This document shows, piece by piece, positions 9,513 to 18,958 of a DNA stretch of 64,000 nucleotides. The position numbers and the translations under genes are program-made. The stretch lies in contig DDXV01000042.1 of the NCBI GenBank assembly GCA_002347815.1, positions 6,720 through 70,719 on the forward strand. Direction: 5' to 3'. Source of the DNA: Syntrophaceae bacterium UBA2251. Lineage in GTDB: Bacteria; Desulfobacterota; Syntrophia; Syntrophales; UBA2251. The notes under the pieces were generated by a model that was given only the letters and a program-made list of their open reading frames with translations, was not told the origin of the DNA and searched no databases. Position 1 is the first letter of the stretch. Every line of letters starts with the position of its first letter.

Positions 9513-11198
9513 TCAGCCCCGTCCTTCCATCGCTCCCGTCAGAACCGGCAGGGTGATGCGGAAGGTGGCGCCGGCGTTCTCGCGGCTCTCCACCTCGATC
9601 ATGCCGTCGTGGTCCTGGATGATGCGCTGACAGACGGCGAGACCCAGGCCGGTGCCGACCTTCTTCGTCGTGAAGAAGGGGTCGAAGATCTTGTTCAGAT
9701 GTCCGGGAGGGATGCCGGGACCGTCATCCCTGAAGTTGATGACGAGCCGCTCGGGCCGGCCCTTCTCGTCGGCCTGCGTCGCCGTGGTGACGGCGATCTC
9801 GCCCTTCGTGTCGATGGCCTCCATGGCGTTCAGGGTCAGGTTCAGGAACACCTGCCGCAAGCGCCCCGCATCCGCCCGGATGAGGATCTCCGGATGGGGA
9901 AACGCCGTGCGGATCGCGATGGCCCGTTTGGACGCCTCCTTTTTGACCAGACTCAGGGTCGAATCGAGGAGATCGCGGACCTTGAGCTCTTCCATCTGCA
10001 GGGGCAGAGGGCGGGCGAGGCCGAGGATGTCGCGCAGGAGCTTTTCCAGGCGGTCCACCTCGTGGATGATGTTCCGGAGATCGGTTTTCTGGGGACTCCC
10101 CTCCTCACAGTCCACCTCCAGGTTCTGAACGGTGGCGGCGATGCCCGCCAGCGGGTTGCGGATTTCGTGCGCGATGGCGGAGGCGATGTGCCCGAGGGCG
10201 GCGAATTTCTCCAGGCGGACGTAATAGTCGTCCATGCGCTTCTTTTCCGTGACGTCGGTGAACTCCGTCACCACGCCCAGCGTCCGGTCGTTCTCGTCGA
10301 TGACCGGAAAACAACTCCGGGAGACGACGAGGCGCCGCCCGTCGCGGCGGGTGTGCACCCGCTCGTAGTGGCTGATGTTTTCCTTGTTCTTGAACACCTG
10401 GTAGAGGCGCTGCCGCTCCTCCTCATCCAGGTCCGAAAGCTCCTGGGCGAGAATGCCCCGCGCCTCCGCCTGCGTGATGCCGGCCATCTCCTCCGCCTTG
10501 GGATTGATATGCAGGATGTTGCCCCGGATGTCGCTGACGATGATCCCGTTGATGGAGGATTTGATCACCCCCTCCAGGAGGCTCTGTTTGTCGCGCCGCT
10601 CCTTGTCCAGCCGGGTGTTCTCGATAACGATCGAGGCATGATTGGCGAAGATCACCATCGTCTCGACCTCGTCCGGGGTGATCTCCGTCCGGGTGCGGAA
10701 GCGGTCGCCGCCGATGAATCCCAGGATCTTGCCCTTGAACTTGAGCGGCACGTAGATCAGGGATTTCCGCTCCTGCCCCTGCCGGATGTGATGCCGGTTG
10801 ATCAGCCGGTCCATCTCCGTCCCTGTCGGGTCGCCGGAGGTGTCCTGGAGAACGACGGGCTGGCCGGTGCGGATCACCCGGGTTTCGTAGCAGTCGTCCC
10901 GGTCCATGTAAAAGGGGTTCGCCCAGGCCAGCCGCTCCCCCTCGGGGGTGAACCCCTTGAGGCGCCTGCACTCCAGCCGGACGCCGTCGTCGCTCAGGAG
11001 CATGATGGCGGCGCGGTCGAAGCGGAGTCCCGTCATCACCCGAACCAGGATCTTGTCGAAGACGCGGTCCAGATCGGGCTGCTCGGTGAGGAGCGCGGTG
11101 ATCTCGCCGATGTTCGTCAGCAGGCTGTTCTTGAGCGCCAGGCTCTCTTCCAGGCGGCGCGTCCGGCCGCGGGATTTGGGGCGGGGATCGTTTGCCAT
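9513..11198 (-). CDS. GAF-PAS sensor histidine kinase
   Basis: True start MANDPRPK at 11198 (ORF track over-extends into oppC). GAF, PAS (NPKAEEM..TDVTE), H-box AHEIRNPL, QVFLNLTLNA, DDGPGIP, FFTTK, GTGLGL. Confidence 0.92.
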   Translation of the reverse strand: MANDPRPKSRGRTRRLEESLALKNSLLTNIGEITALLTEQPDLDRVFDKILVRVMTGLRFDRAAIMLLSDDGVRLECRRLKGFTPEGERLAWANPFYMDRDDCYETRVIRTGQPVVLQDTSGDPTGTEMDRLINRHHIRQGQERKSLIYVPLKFKGKILGFIGGDRFRTRTEITPDEVETMVIFANHASIVIENTRLDKERRDKQSLLEGVIKSSINGIIVSDIRGNILHINPKAEEMAGITQAEARGILAQELSDLDEEERQRLYQVFKNKENISHYERVHTRRDGRRLVVSRSCFPVIDENDRTLGVVTEFTDVTEKKRMDDYYVRLEKFAALGHIASAIAHEIRNPLAGIAATVQNLEVDCEEGSPQKTDLRNIIHEVDRLEKLLRDILGLARPLPLQMEELKVRDLLDSTLSLVKKEASKRAIAIRTAFPHPEILIRADAGRLRQVFLNLTLNAMEAIDTKGEIAVTTATQADEKGRPERLVINFRDDGPGIPPGHLNKIFDPFFTTKKVGTGLGLAVCQRIIQDHDGMIEVESRENAGATFRITLPVLTGAMEGRG

Positions 11199-11248
11199 CT
11201 CGAACCTCTCTCGGAAGCGGGGGCCGCCGGGTCGACGGCCGGAAACCG

Positions 11249-12079
11249 TCAGCGAAGGCGGGGATCCAGGGCGTCCCGCAGGCCTTCGCCCAGTAGATTG
11301 TACCCCAGGACGGTCACGAGGATGGCCAGTCCCGGATACAGGGAGAGCCACCAGGCGATGTCGATGTTGTCCTTGCCCGCCGTGAGGATGTTCCCCCAGC
11401 TCGGCGTCGGGGGCTGGACGCCGATCCCGAGGAAGCTCAGGGCCGACTCCGTGAGGATCGCCCCGGCGACGCCGAGCGTGGCGGTCACGAGGACGGATGC
11501 CATCGCGTTCGGCAGGATGTGGACGAAGATGATCCTGAGGTCGCTCGCCCCGATCACCCGTGCGGCCAGGACGAAATCCCGCTCCTTGAGCGAGATGAAG
11601 TCGGCGCGCACGAGGCGCGTGATCCCCATCCAGCCGGTCACGCCGATGATCAGCATGATGTTCCAGATGGAGGGCTCGAGGATGGCGATGACCGCGAGGA
11701 TCAGGAAGAAGGCGGGGAAACAGAGCATGATGTCCACGAAGCGCATGATGACGGCGTCGGTCCAGCCGCCGTAGTACCCCGCCACCGCCCCCAGAACGGC
11801 CCCGATGAGGATGGCGATCCCCGTGGCGACGAACCCGACCTTGAGCGAGATGCGCGCCCCCCAGATCATTCGCGACAGGACGTCGCGGCCGAGCGGGTCC
11901 GTCCCCAGCCAGTGGTCGCCCGAGGGCGGCATCAGGACCTTCTCCAGATCGATCGCGCTCGGGTCGTAGGGGGCAAGCCACGGGGCGAAGAGGGAGACGA
12001 CGAAGAGGGCGAGGACGACGACGCTCCCCGCCACGGCCATCCGGTTCTCCAGAAATCTTCGCCAGAAATCCGATCTCAT
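11249..12079 (-). CDS. Oligopeptide/dipeptide ABC permease (OppC/DppC-like)
   Basis: HWLGTDPLGRDVLSR, EAA-loop FVLAARVIGAS..HILPNA, GEGLRDALDPR. Confidence 0.95.
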   Translation of the reverse strand: MRSDFWRRFLENRMAVAGSVVVLALFVVSLFAPWLAPYDPSAIDLEKVLMPPSGDHWLGTDPLGRDVLSRMIWGARISLKVGFVATGIAILIGAVLGAVAGYYGGWTDAVIMRFVDIMLCFPAFFLILAVIAILEPSIWNIMLIIGVTGWMGITRLVRADFISLKERDFVLAARVIGASDLRIIFVHILPNAMASVLVTATLGVAGAILTESALSFLGIGVQPPTPSWGNILTAGKDNIDIAWWLSLYPGLAILVTVLGYNLLGEGLRDALDPRLR

Positions 12080-12104
12080 GGTCTCTCCCTGTGACGCCTC
12101 TCCC

Positions 12105-13079
12105 TCACGACACCCGGATACGCGGGTCGGCCAGGGCGTAGGAGACGTCCGCGATCAGGTTGCCCAGGAGCGTCAGCACCGCCCCGATGAACAGGATCCC
12201 CATGACGACGGGATAGTCGCGCGCCATGACCGACATGTAGAACAGCTGCCCCATCCCCGGAATGGCGAAGATGGTCTCGAAGATGACGCTTCCGCCGATC
12301 AGCCCCGGGATGGACAGCCCCAGGATGGTGATCACCGGCAAAAGGGCGTTGCGCAGGGCGTGGCGGTAGATCACGGTCCGCTCGGAGAGGCCCTTGGCGC
12401 GCGCCGTCATGATGTAGTCCTGGCGGATCACCTCCAGCATGTTCGCCCGCATGTAGCGCGACAGGCCGGCCAGACCCCCGAAGGCGGACAGGAGCACGGG
12501 GAGGATCAGGTGGCGGACCAGGTCCCAGAAGGCGGCGGCGGGCCGCATGTATTCGGCGTTGAGCGAGCGGATCCCTGAGATGGGCAGCCACCCCAGGTGG
12601 ATGCCGAACAGGATCATCAGCAGGAGCGCGAGCCAGAAGGTCGGCATGGCGAATCCGATGAAGACGAAGACGCTCGTCGCCCGGTCGAACCAGGCGTCCT
12701 GATGCACCGCCGCCAGCACGCCGATGGGGATGGCGATCGCGACGATCAGCAGGAGCGACAGGACGTTCAGGGTGATGGTGATCGGCAGGCGCTCGAGGAT
12801 CTTGTCGCTCACGGGCCGGCGGTCCGGCGAGAAGGAGCGGCCCAGATCCAGGACGGCGAGCTTCTTGACCCACAGCCAGTACTGCTGGGGGAGCGGCTTG
12901 TCGAGGTCGTACAGGGCCCGGAGGCGCTCTTTCGCCTCGGCGGAGGCCCGGGGGTTCATCTGGGTCTGGAGGTCGGTCGGCGATCCGGGCGCCAGGTGCA
13001 TCACGGCAAAGCAGATGATCGTGATGCCGATGAGCATCGGCGCCATGAACAGGAGCCTCTTGCCCAGATAACTCAGCAC
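12105..13079 (-). CDS. Oligopeptide/dipeptide ABC permease (OppB/DppB-like)
   Basis: GTG start [10 protein letters not shown] overlapping the upstream stop; [33 protein letters not shown]. Confidence 0.95.
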   Translation of the reverse strand: MLSYLGKRLLFMAPMLIGITIICFAVMHLAPGSPTDLQTQMNPRASAEAKERLRALYDLDKPLPQQYWLWVKKLAVLDLGRSFSPDRRPVSDKILERLPITITLNVLSLLLIVAIAIPIGVLAAVHQDAWFDRATSVFVFIGFAMPTFWLALLLMILFGIHLGWLPISGIRSLNAEYMRPAAAFWDLVRHLILPVLLSAFGGLAGLSRYMRANMLEVIRQDYIMTARAKGLSERTVIYRHALRNALLPVITILGLSIPGLIGGSVIFETIFAIPGMGQLFYMSVMARDYPVVMGILFIGAVLTLLGNLIADVSYALADPRIRVS

Positions 13080-13885
13080 GGATCCGTCTCCAGAATCGCC
13101 AGCAGGTTCATGTCTTCCAGATTCTTCACCGCCCGCCAGAGCTTCTTCTCCGAGTGGGCCTCGATGGTGATGATGGGCCGCCGCCCCAGTTCCCGGAGCC
13201 TCCGGAAGAATTCGACGAAGGGAAAGGTCCCCTCGCCGATCGGCAGGTGCTCGTCCGTCCGGCCGTGGTTGTCGTGGATGTGGAGCTGACCGATCCGGTC
13301 GCCCAGGGCGTCGATCCACCGGTCGAGGGGCGTCGTGGCAAAGGCGTTGAAATGTCCCGTATCGAAGCAGCAGCAGACGCGCTCCGGCGGCAGGGCCGCC
13401 AGCAGCCGCTCCAGTTCATGCGGGTCCCGTTCGTAGACGTTCTCCAGGGCGATGATGGTTCCCATCTGTTCGGCCTGGGGGAGAAACGCGCGCCACGTCT
13501 CCACGCTGTGCTCGAGCCAGAGGCGCTCCGCCGTGACGTAATACCGGATATCGAAGGAGGGGTGGCAGACGATGGAGCGCGGCCGGAACAGGGGCGCGAG
13601 ATCGAACACCTGCTGAAGCCGGGCGGCCGTCACGCGCCGGATTTCGGGATCGAGCGCCCCGGGGCGCAGATCGACGAAGGGGGCGTGCAGCGTGACCGGA
13701 AGCCCCTCGCCGGCCAGGCGCTCCGCCACGGCGGCGAAGTCGGCGCGGGAATACCCGTCCAGGGCCACGTGGGAGAGCCCGATCTCGGGCGGGACGCGTT
13801 CCCGGACGACCATGGGGAGGAGCTTCTCCTTGAGCAGGGGAAAGGGGACATGGACCTGGACGTGCTTCAGGACGGACGACGTCAT
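13073..13885 (-). CDS. Sugar phosphate isomerase/epimerase (xylose isomerase-like TIM barrel)
   Basis: [34 protein letters not shown] metal-binding motifs. Start could be 13933. Confidence 0.85.
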   Translation of the reverse strand: MTSSVLKHVQVHVPFPLLKEKLLPMVVRERVPPEIGLSHVALDGYSRADFAAVAERLAGEGLPVTLHAPFVDLRPGALDPEIRRVTAARLQQVFDLAPLFRPRSIVCHPSFDIRYYVTAERLWLEHSVETWRAFLPQAEQMGTIIALENVYERDPHELERLLAALPPERVCCCFDTGHFNAFATTPLDRWIDALGDRIGQLHIHDNHGRTDEHLPIGEGTFPFVEFFRRLRELGRRPIITIEAHSEKKLWRAVKNLEDMNLLAILETDPC

Positions 13886-13965
13886 CGTTGACCTTCTCTC
13901 TTTGCCGCTCGCGGGTGGCCTTTCGTTTACCATACGCCCCCCCTTTGCACAATCGCCATTTTTCA

Positions 13966-13994
13966 TTGACACCCCCCTTCCCTTCTGTTATGAA
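13966..13994 (+). promoter_or_regulatory. sigma70-type promoter upstream of rsfS
   Basis: TTGACA-N17-TATGAA with upstream TG. Confidence 0.5.
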
Positions 13995-14031
13995 AATCAG
14001 CCAGTTAATGCAAATTCACCGGGAGGTCCGA

Positions 14032-14430
14032 TTGACCGGAAAAACCGACAAGGTCCACAGCGCCGTCCTCACCTGTCTCAACGCCATCCTGGAGCACAAA
14101 GCACGGAATCTCGTCCTTCTCAACGTCCAGAGCCTGTCGTCCATCGCCGACTACTTTATCCTGTGCAGCGGCGCCTCGGACCGGCAGGTCCAGGCCATCG
14201 CCTCCTTCGTGCAGGAAACGCTCAAGAAGAAATCCGGGCTCCTTCCCCTCGGCGTGGAGGGGGAAGGCGTCGCCCAGTGGGTCCTGATCGACTACGGGGA
14301 CTTCATCCTCCACATCTTCTACGAACCGATCCGGGAGTTTTACGGGCTGGAGCGCCTCTGGGCGGACGCACCCCGCATGGAGATCGGCGACGACGTGCTC
14401 AAGGTCAAGGCCCTGGCGCCGGAGATGTAG
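14032..14430 (+). CDS. rsfS: Ribosome silencing factor RsfS
   Basis: SSIADYFILCSG.SDRQVQAIA, GVEG...WVLIDYGD..HIF...REFYGLERLW. TTG start after GGAGG. Confidence 0.92.
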   Translation: MTGKTDKVHSAVLTCLNAILEHKARNLVLLNVQSLSSIADYFILCSGASDRQVQAIASFVQETLKKKSGLLPLGVEGEGVAQWVLIDYGDFILHIFYEPIREFYGLERLWADAPRMEIGDDVLKVKALAPEM

Positions 14431-14432
14431 CC

Positions 14433-15149
14433 GTGCGGCGACTCCTCGCGGGCCTGGTCGACCTGATCTTCCCGCCCCGCTGCACCGGCTGCGGGCGCGT
14501 CCTCGGGGACGACGATCGCCCCCCCTTCTGCCCGGCCTGCCAGGCGGAGGTCCGCCTGCTTCGGTCCCCGCTCTGCACGCGGTGCGGCGCGCCGTTCGAC
14601 GGCGGGGACGCGGACCACCTCTGCGGCGCGTGCCTGACCGCCCCCCCCGGATTCACCCTCGCCCGGTCCGTCGCCCGGTACGAATCGGTGCTTCTGGACG
14701 CCATTCATCGCTTCAAATACGGCAGGGATGCCGCCCTCGGCCGGGCCCTGGGGCGGTTCATGACGCGCTACCCCTGTCCGGGGATGGAGATCGACGCGGA
14801 TGCCCGCATCATCCCCGTTCCGCTTCACGTGGACCGGCTCCGGGAGCGGGGGTTCAACCAGGCGCTGATCCTCGCGAGAGAACTGGCCCGGCCCGGCGGC
14901 CAGACGGTGGACTTTCTCAGCCTGAAGCGCCGCCACGCGACCGATCCCCAGGTCCGCCTGGGCAGGGACGCCCGCCGTCGGAACATCCGGGGGGCGTTCG
15001 TCGTGACCCGCCCGGAGCGCGTCGCCGACCGGAAAATCCTGCTCGTGGACGATGTCTACACCACCGGCAGCACGGTCGGGGAGTGCGCCCGCGTCCTGTT
15101 GGCGCACCAGGCCGCGGAGGTCGCCGTCCTGACGCTGGCCCGGGCATAG
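14433..15149 (+). CDS. comF: ComF family protein (Zn-ribbon + phosphoribosyltransferase)
   Basis: DLIFPPRCTGC, CPAC, CTRCG, CGAC, VPLH..RLRERGFNQA, LLVDDVYTTGST. GTG start 2 nt after rsfS. Confidence 0.9.
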   Translation: MRRLLAGLVDLIFPPRCTGCGRVLGDDDRPPFCPACQAEVRLLRSPLCTRCGAPFDGGDADHLCGACLTAPPGFTLARSVARYESVLLDAIHRFKYGRDAALGRALGRFMTRYPCPGMEIDADARIIPVPLHVDRLRERGFNQALILARELARPGGQTVDFLSLKRRHATDPQVRLGRDARRRNIRGAFVVTRPERVADRKILLVDDVYTTGSTVGECARVLLAHQAAEVAVLTLARA

Positions 15150-15303
15150 CACCGGCACAGACGACGGTTTGGGCGTGACGACGCGGGTTTCGTCTTCCCC
15201 GCGCCGCGGGGAGGCGCGGGGGCGAAAACGGGCCGGCGCGCCGGGGAGCAAGGTGTTCAGAACGCCTGCCGCAGGCAAACCCGTCCATCGAAGGACTTAA
15301 GGA

Positions 15304-15798
15304 GTGACGCGAATCATGGAAAAGATCCTATCCCGTGAGGCCCTCGGGGAAGCCGTCGACCGGCTCCGCCGCGGGGGGAAGAAGATCGCCTTCACCAACG
15401 GCTGTTTCGACATCCTGCACATCGGGCACGTGCAATACCTGGAGGCGGCCCGCCGGCACGGGGACGTCCTGATCGTCGCCGTCAACAGCGACGCCTCGGT
15501 GCGGGCCCTCAAGGGCGACAAGCGGCCGCTGGTTCCGGAATCGGAGCGGGCGGCGGTCGTGGCGGCGGTCGCGGCGGTCGACTACGTCACCCTCTTTTCG
15601 GAACCCACGCCGCTGCAACTGATCGAGACCCTGCGACCCGACGTCATCCTCAAGGGAGGGGACTGGAAGGAGGCGGACGTCGTCGGCAGGGAAGCCGTCC
15701 GCGCCTGGGGCGGCCGGGTCGTCATCATCCCGGAAACCGCGGGCGCGTCCACGACGAACATCGTGGCGAAGGTCATCGAGCTTTACGGGCGGAAATGA
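15304..15798 (+). CDS. rfaE2: D-glycero-beta-D-manno-heptose 1-phosphate adenylyltransferase
   Basis: FTNGCFDILHIGH, VAVNSDASV..LKG..RP, KGGDW, STTNI. Confidence 0.92.
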   Translation: MTRIMEKILSREALGEAVDRLRRGGKKIAFTNGCFDILHIGHVQYLEAARRHGDVLIVAVNSDASVRALKGDKRPLVPESERAAVVAAVAAVDYVTLFSEPTPLQLIETLRPDVILKGGDWKEADVVGREAVRAWGGRVVIIPETAGASTTNIVAKVIELYGRK

Positions 15799-15826
15799 CG
15801 GACGCCGGAACCGTCGCATAGCACCC

Positions 15827-17056
15827 ATGGCAACACGTCCGTCCTCCGAATCGTCCGCGCCGGCGCCGGGACAACCCTGGCAGCGGACCCTCTACATCAT
15901 GTTCGCGGCGCAGCTCCTGTCCATCATCGGCTTCGCCTTCGCCCTGCCCTTCCTCCCCTTTTACATCCGGGAACTGGGTGTCACCGAAGAGCGGCTCGTG
16001 CCGGTCTGGGCGGGCATCATCGCCGCCGCATCGAGCCTCGTCATGGCCTTCTTCTCCCCCCTCTGGGGGTGGCTCGCGGACCGGTACGGCCGGAAGATCA
16101 TGGTGGAGCGGGCGATGTTCGGGGGCGCCGTCCTCACCTTCGCCATGGGGCTCGTGACCGACGTCTGGCAATTGCTGTTCCTCAGACTGCTGTCCGGCGC
16201 CACGACGGGCACCATCGCGGCCTCCATCGCCCTGGTCTCCACCGTGGTCCCCCCCAAACGGCTCGGTTACAGCCTGGGGATCATGCAGGTCGCCGTCTTT
16301 CTGGGCATGACCCTGGGGCCCTGGATCGGGGGCCTTTTGGCCGACACCGTCGGCTACCGCGTCACCTTCATGACCGGCGGCGTCATCCTCATCCTCGGCG
16401 GCTCGCTGGTCCTCTTCGGCGCCCGCGAACGTTTCAGCCGTCCCGAGAAGGGGACGTCCGGAGGCGGCGACCGTCTGCTCTCCCTGCTGGCCTATGCGGG
16501 ATTTCCCGCCATGATGGCCATGTTCTTCTTCTTCAACTTCTCCCTACACTTCGTGATGCCCATCCTGCCGCTCTTCATCGAAACGATGTGCGACCCTTCC
16601 CGGGGGGTGGCCTCGACGACGGGCCTCCTGTTCGCCATCAGCGGGGGGGCCGCCGCCCTGTCCGCGGGCGGCATCGGCACCCTGAGCGACCGGCTGGGGT
16701 ACAAACCAATTCTCGTGGCGATGCTCCTGTTGACCTCGGTCACTCTCTTCCTGCACGGGCTGGCGCAGAGCATCACCCATCTGGTCCTGCTCAGGATCCT
16801 CTATGGAATCGCCGCGGGGGGAATCCTTCCGACGATGAACGCCCTCGTCGGCCGTCTGGTCCCGCCGTCCGGCTACGGCAAGGCCTACGGCCTCACGTCG
16901 GCGACGACCTGCCTGGGGATGGCGGCCGGCCCGTTCTTCGGAGGGTTGATGGCTTCCGGGTGGGGCTATCGCTGGCCGTTCGTTTTCATCAGCGCGATCA
17001 TGGCCGCCGTGACGCTTCTGGTGATCCTGGGCCTCCGGCGCCGCCGGACCCCCTGA
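15827..17056 (+). CDS. MFS transporter (DHA1/MdtG-like)
   Basis: About 12 hydrophobic segments; motif A GWLADRYGRK and repeated GTLSDRLGYK. Confidence 0.9.
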   Translation: MATRPSSESSAPAPGQPWQRTLYIMFAAQLLSIIGFAFALPFLPFYIRELGVTEERLVPVWAGIIAAASSLVMAFFSPLWGWLADRYGRKIMVERAMFGGAVLTFAMGLVTDVWQLLFLRLLSGATTGTIAASIALVSTVVPPKRLGYSLGIMQVAVFLGMTLGPWIGGLLADTVGYRVTFMTGGVILILGGSLVLFGARERFSRPEKGTSGGGDRLLSLLAYAGFPAMMAMFFFFNFSLHFVMPILPLFIETMCDPSRGVASTTGLLFAISGGAAALSAGGIGTLSDRLGYKPILVAMLLLTSVTLFLHGLAQSITHLVLLRILYGIAAGGILPTMNALVGRLVPPSGYGKAYGLTSATTCLGMAAGPFFGGLMASGWGYRWPFVFISAIMAAVTLLVILGLRRRRTP

Positions 17057-17220
17057 GGGGCGTCCCGCAACGGCGACCTGAAACAGACCCTCCGCGATCA
17101 CGCAGAAACGGCTCAACCGGCTTGCGTCACCTTTTCGCCCTGCCTTGAGCCGGACTCACCCTTCCTAAATTCCGAGAGGTTGAATGGATCATGTCCTGTT
17201 CCGGGGTCATCGGGTTTTAG

Positions 17221-17233
17221 CCCCCCCCCCCCC
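17221..17233 (+). repeat. Homopolymer C13 tract
   Basis: 13 consecutive C in the MFS-YkgJ intergenic region. Confidence 0.95.
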
Positions 17234-17430
17234 ACGCGGGAGTGGGTGTTCGAGCGGTAATTTTCCCCGCATTTTTTCATTTTTGTGTTGACAAATCAGG
17301 ATAACAGAAGCACGTTCCCCGTATCCTAAAGCACGTCATATCCGTCAAACACCCTGCCGTCACGGGGGGTGATTGAGGGTGGAGCATCTGCCGGGTGGAG
17401 TGGCGCGGTCTGTGCTTTTGAACCGCGGCA

Positions 17431-18180
17431 TTGGATGCGGTAACGGCGAAGCCGTTTTCCCGCGCAAACAACCATGGGAAGAAGGGGGGTGATGTTCGGA
17501 GACTGATCAAGGATAGTGGGAAATATCGGGGGCTCCTCGTCCAGGCCCGCAACCACAGTTACACGGCTCTCGAAAAAAAGCTCGCCGCCACAGGCGGGAG
17601 GATCACCTGCCGGAAGGGGTGCACCTATTGCTGTTTCCACATTTCGGCGCCGCTGGCGCACGGCATCGTGATTGTGGATGACCTGTGCGGCAGAAAGAAT
17701 CTGCTGAGGACGTTCATCCGGAACTACGAACGGTGGCGTCACAAGGGGGATGCGATCTCGAAGACCCTCGATGAAACCCGCGTCCGGGCCTTCTCGTCGT
17801 CGATGTCCATCCACGAGATCATCGCCGTCACCCGGCCCTTGTCCATGCGTTATTTTGAGAGGAACATTCCCTGTCCCTTTCTCGAAAATGAGGCCTGCCT
17901 CATCTATGCCGTCCGGCCGTTACCCTGCTCGGGACAATTTTCCGTCAGCCCCCCCGAGCGGTGTTCTCCCGACGCGGCGGAAGAAGCGGTGATTCACCAG
18001 CTCGTGGCCGACGACGAAGACCTCCTGAAATTTCTGGAATTGGCCGGTCCCCGGCTGATGGTGTATGAAATGACCCTTCCGACCCTGATCTACCGGCTCC
18101 TGACCGAAGGCGCCTCATCGATGATTCGCTCCTGTCTTCGGGATGGCCCTGATCCGGGCCTCAACACGGACGGCGGCTGA
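17431..18180 (+). CDS. YkgJ-family cysteine-cluster protein (start uncertain)
   Basis: TCRKGCTYCC, CPFL....CLIYAVRPLPC motifs. Confidence 0.8.
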   Translation: MDAVTAKPFSRANNHGKKGGDVRRLIKDSGKYRGLLVQARNHSYTALEKKLAATGGRITCRKGCTYCCFHISAPLAHGIVIVDDLCGRKNLLRTFIRNYERWRHKGDAISKTLDETRVRAFSSSMSIHEIIAVTRPLSMRYFERNIPCPFLENEACLIYAVRPLPCSGQFSVSPPERCSPDAAEEAVIHQLVADDEDLLKFLELAGPRLMVYEMTLPTLIYRLLTEGASSMIRSCLRDGPDPGLNTDGG

Positions 18181-18266
18181 ATCGTTCCGCGCGCTCGTCC
18201 ACACCCCTCCTTCCGTTTTACGACGGTGACAACCGGGAGAGGGGAAAACGTCCGACAAAATAAAGC

Positions 18267-18295
18267 TTGACAGGGGGTCGGATTCGCCGTATAAG
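18267..18295 (+). promoter_or_regulatory. sigma70 promoter of csp, implying an approx. 160-nt 5'UTR
   Basis: TTGACA-N17-TATAAG. The UTR begins with the hairpin CGCACCC(18301-18307)...GGGTGCG(18328-18334). Confidence 0.7.
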
Positions 18296-18461
18296 GCGTC
18301 CGCACCCCAAACTGATCTTCGTCAAAAGGGTGCGCGGTTGGATATAGACATTTTGAAGTGCAAAGGCGGGCTGCCGTGCTCTTAAAGAGTCTTGGCGGCC
18401 TTTTCTTTCTGTCATCTTGTTCATCCGACTTAAGCGAAATTTATGAAAGGAGGAGCAAAAG

Positions 18462-18662
18462 ATGGCAGAAGGTACCGTGAAGTGGTTCAATGAGCAGAAG
18501 GGCTTCGGATTCATCGAGAATGCCGAGGGCGGCGACGTGTTCGTGCATTACAGTGCGATCCAGGCCGGTGGTTTCAAGACGTTGGCCGAGGGTCAGCGCG
18601 TCAGTTTTGACGTCACGCAGGGCAAAAAAGGCCCGGCGGCAGAAAACGTGAAACCCCTGTAA
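18462..18662 (+). CDS. cspA: Cold-shock protein (CspA family)
   Basis: [42 protein letters not shown]. Confidence 0.97.
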   Translation: MAEGTVKWFNEQKGFGFIENAEGGDVFVHYSAIQAGGFKTLAEGQRVSFDVTQGKKGPAAENVKPL

Positions 18663-18681
18663 GGGTTAGCGGCAGTCCAGA

Positions 18682-18728
18682 AGAGGCATCCCGGCGCCTG
18701 TTACAGGTCACGGGGTGCCTCTTTGTTT
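18682..18728 (+). terminator. Intrinsic terminator after csp
   Basis: AGAGGCATCCCG...CGGGGTGCCTCT stem followed by TTGTTTT. Confidence 0.7.
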
Positions 18729-18754
18729 TATACGGGAGAAAAGGAGGTCTTTGA

Positions 18755-18958
18755 ATGGCCAGGACAAAATATACCTTCGAAAAAAGGCAGAAGGAACTGG
18801 CGAAACGCCGCAAGAAGGAAGAGAAGGCGGCGCGGCGCGCCGAAAGCCGGCGGCCGGCAGGGGACGAAACGGGCGCCGGCACGGTCGGCGAAGCCCCCGA
18901 TTCCGCTGCCGAGGCGTCGAACTCCGGGGCGGACGCCCCGACGCCCGACCCTGCTTAA
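18755..18958 (+). CDS. Small basic hypothetical protein
   Basis: GGAGG RBS; MARTKYTFEKRQKELAKRRKKEEKAARR followed by an acidic low-complexity tail. Confidence 0.7.
   Translation: MARTKYTFEKRQKELAKRRKKEEKAARRAESRRPAGDETGAGTVGEAPDSAAEASNSGADAPTPDPA

Noticed and set aside
11199-11981. Apparent 822-aa kinase with a long N-terminal extension
   Set aside because: The extension is an alternative frame of oppC; the kinase starts at 11198.
17100-17260. Resemblance to c-di-GMP-I (GACGCAAGCC), SAM-I (CCCGATGACCCCGGAAC), Moco or 6S RNA
   Set aside because: Only isolated words match and the remaining conserved elements are missing, so no family is called. Kept only as an unassigned structured region.
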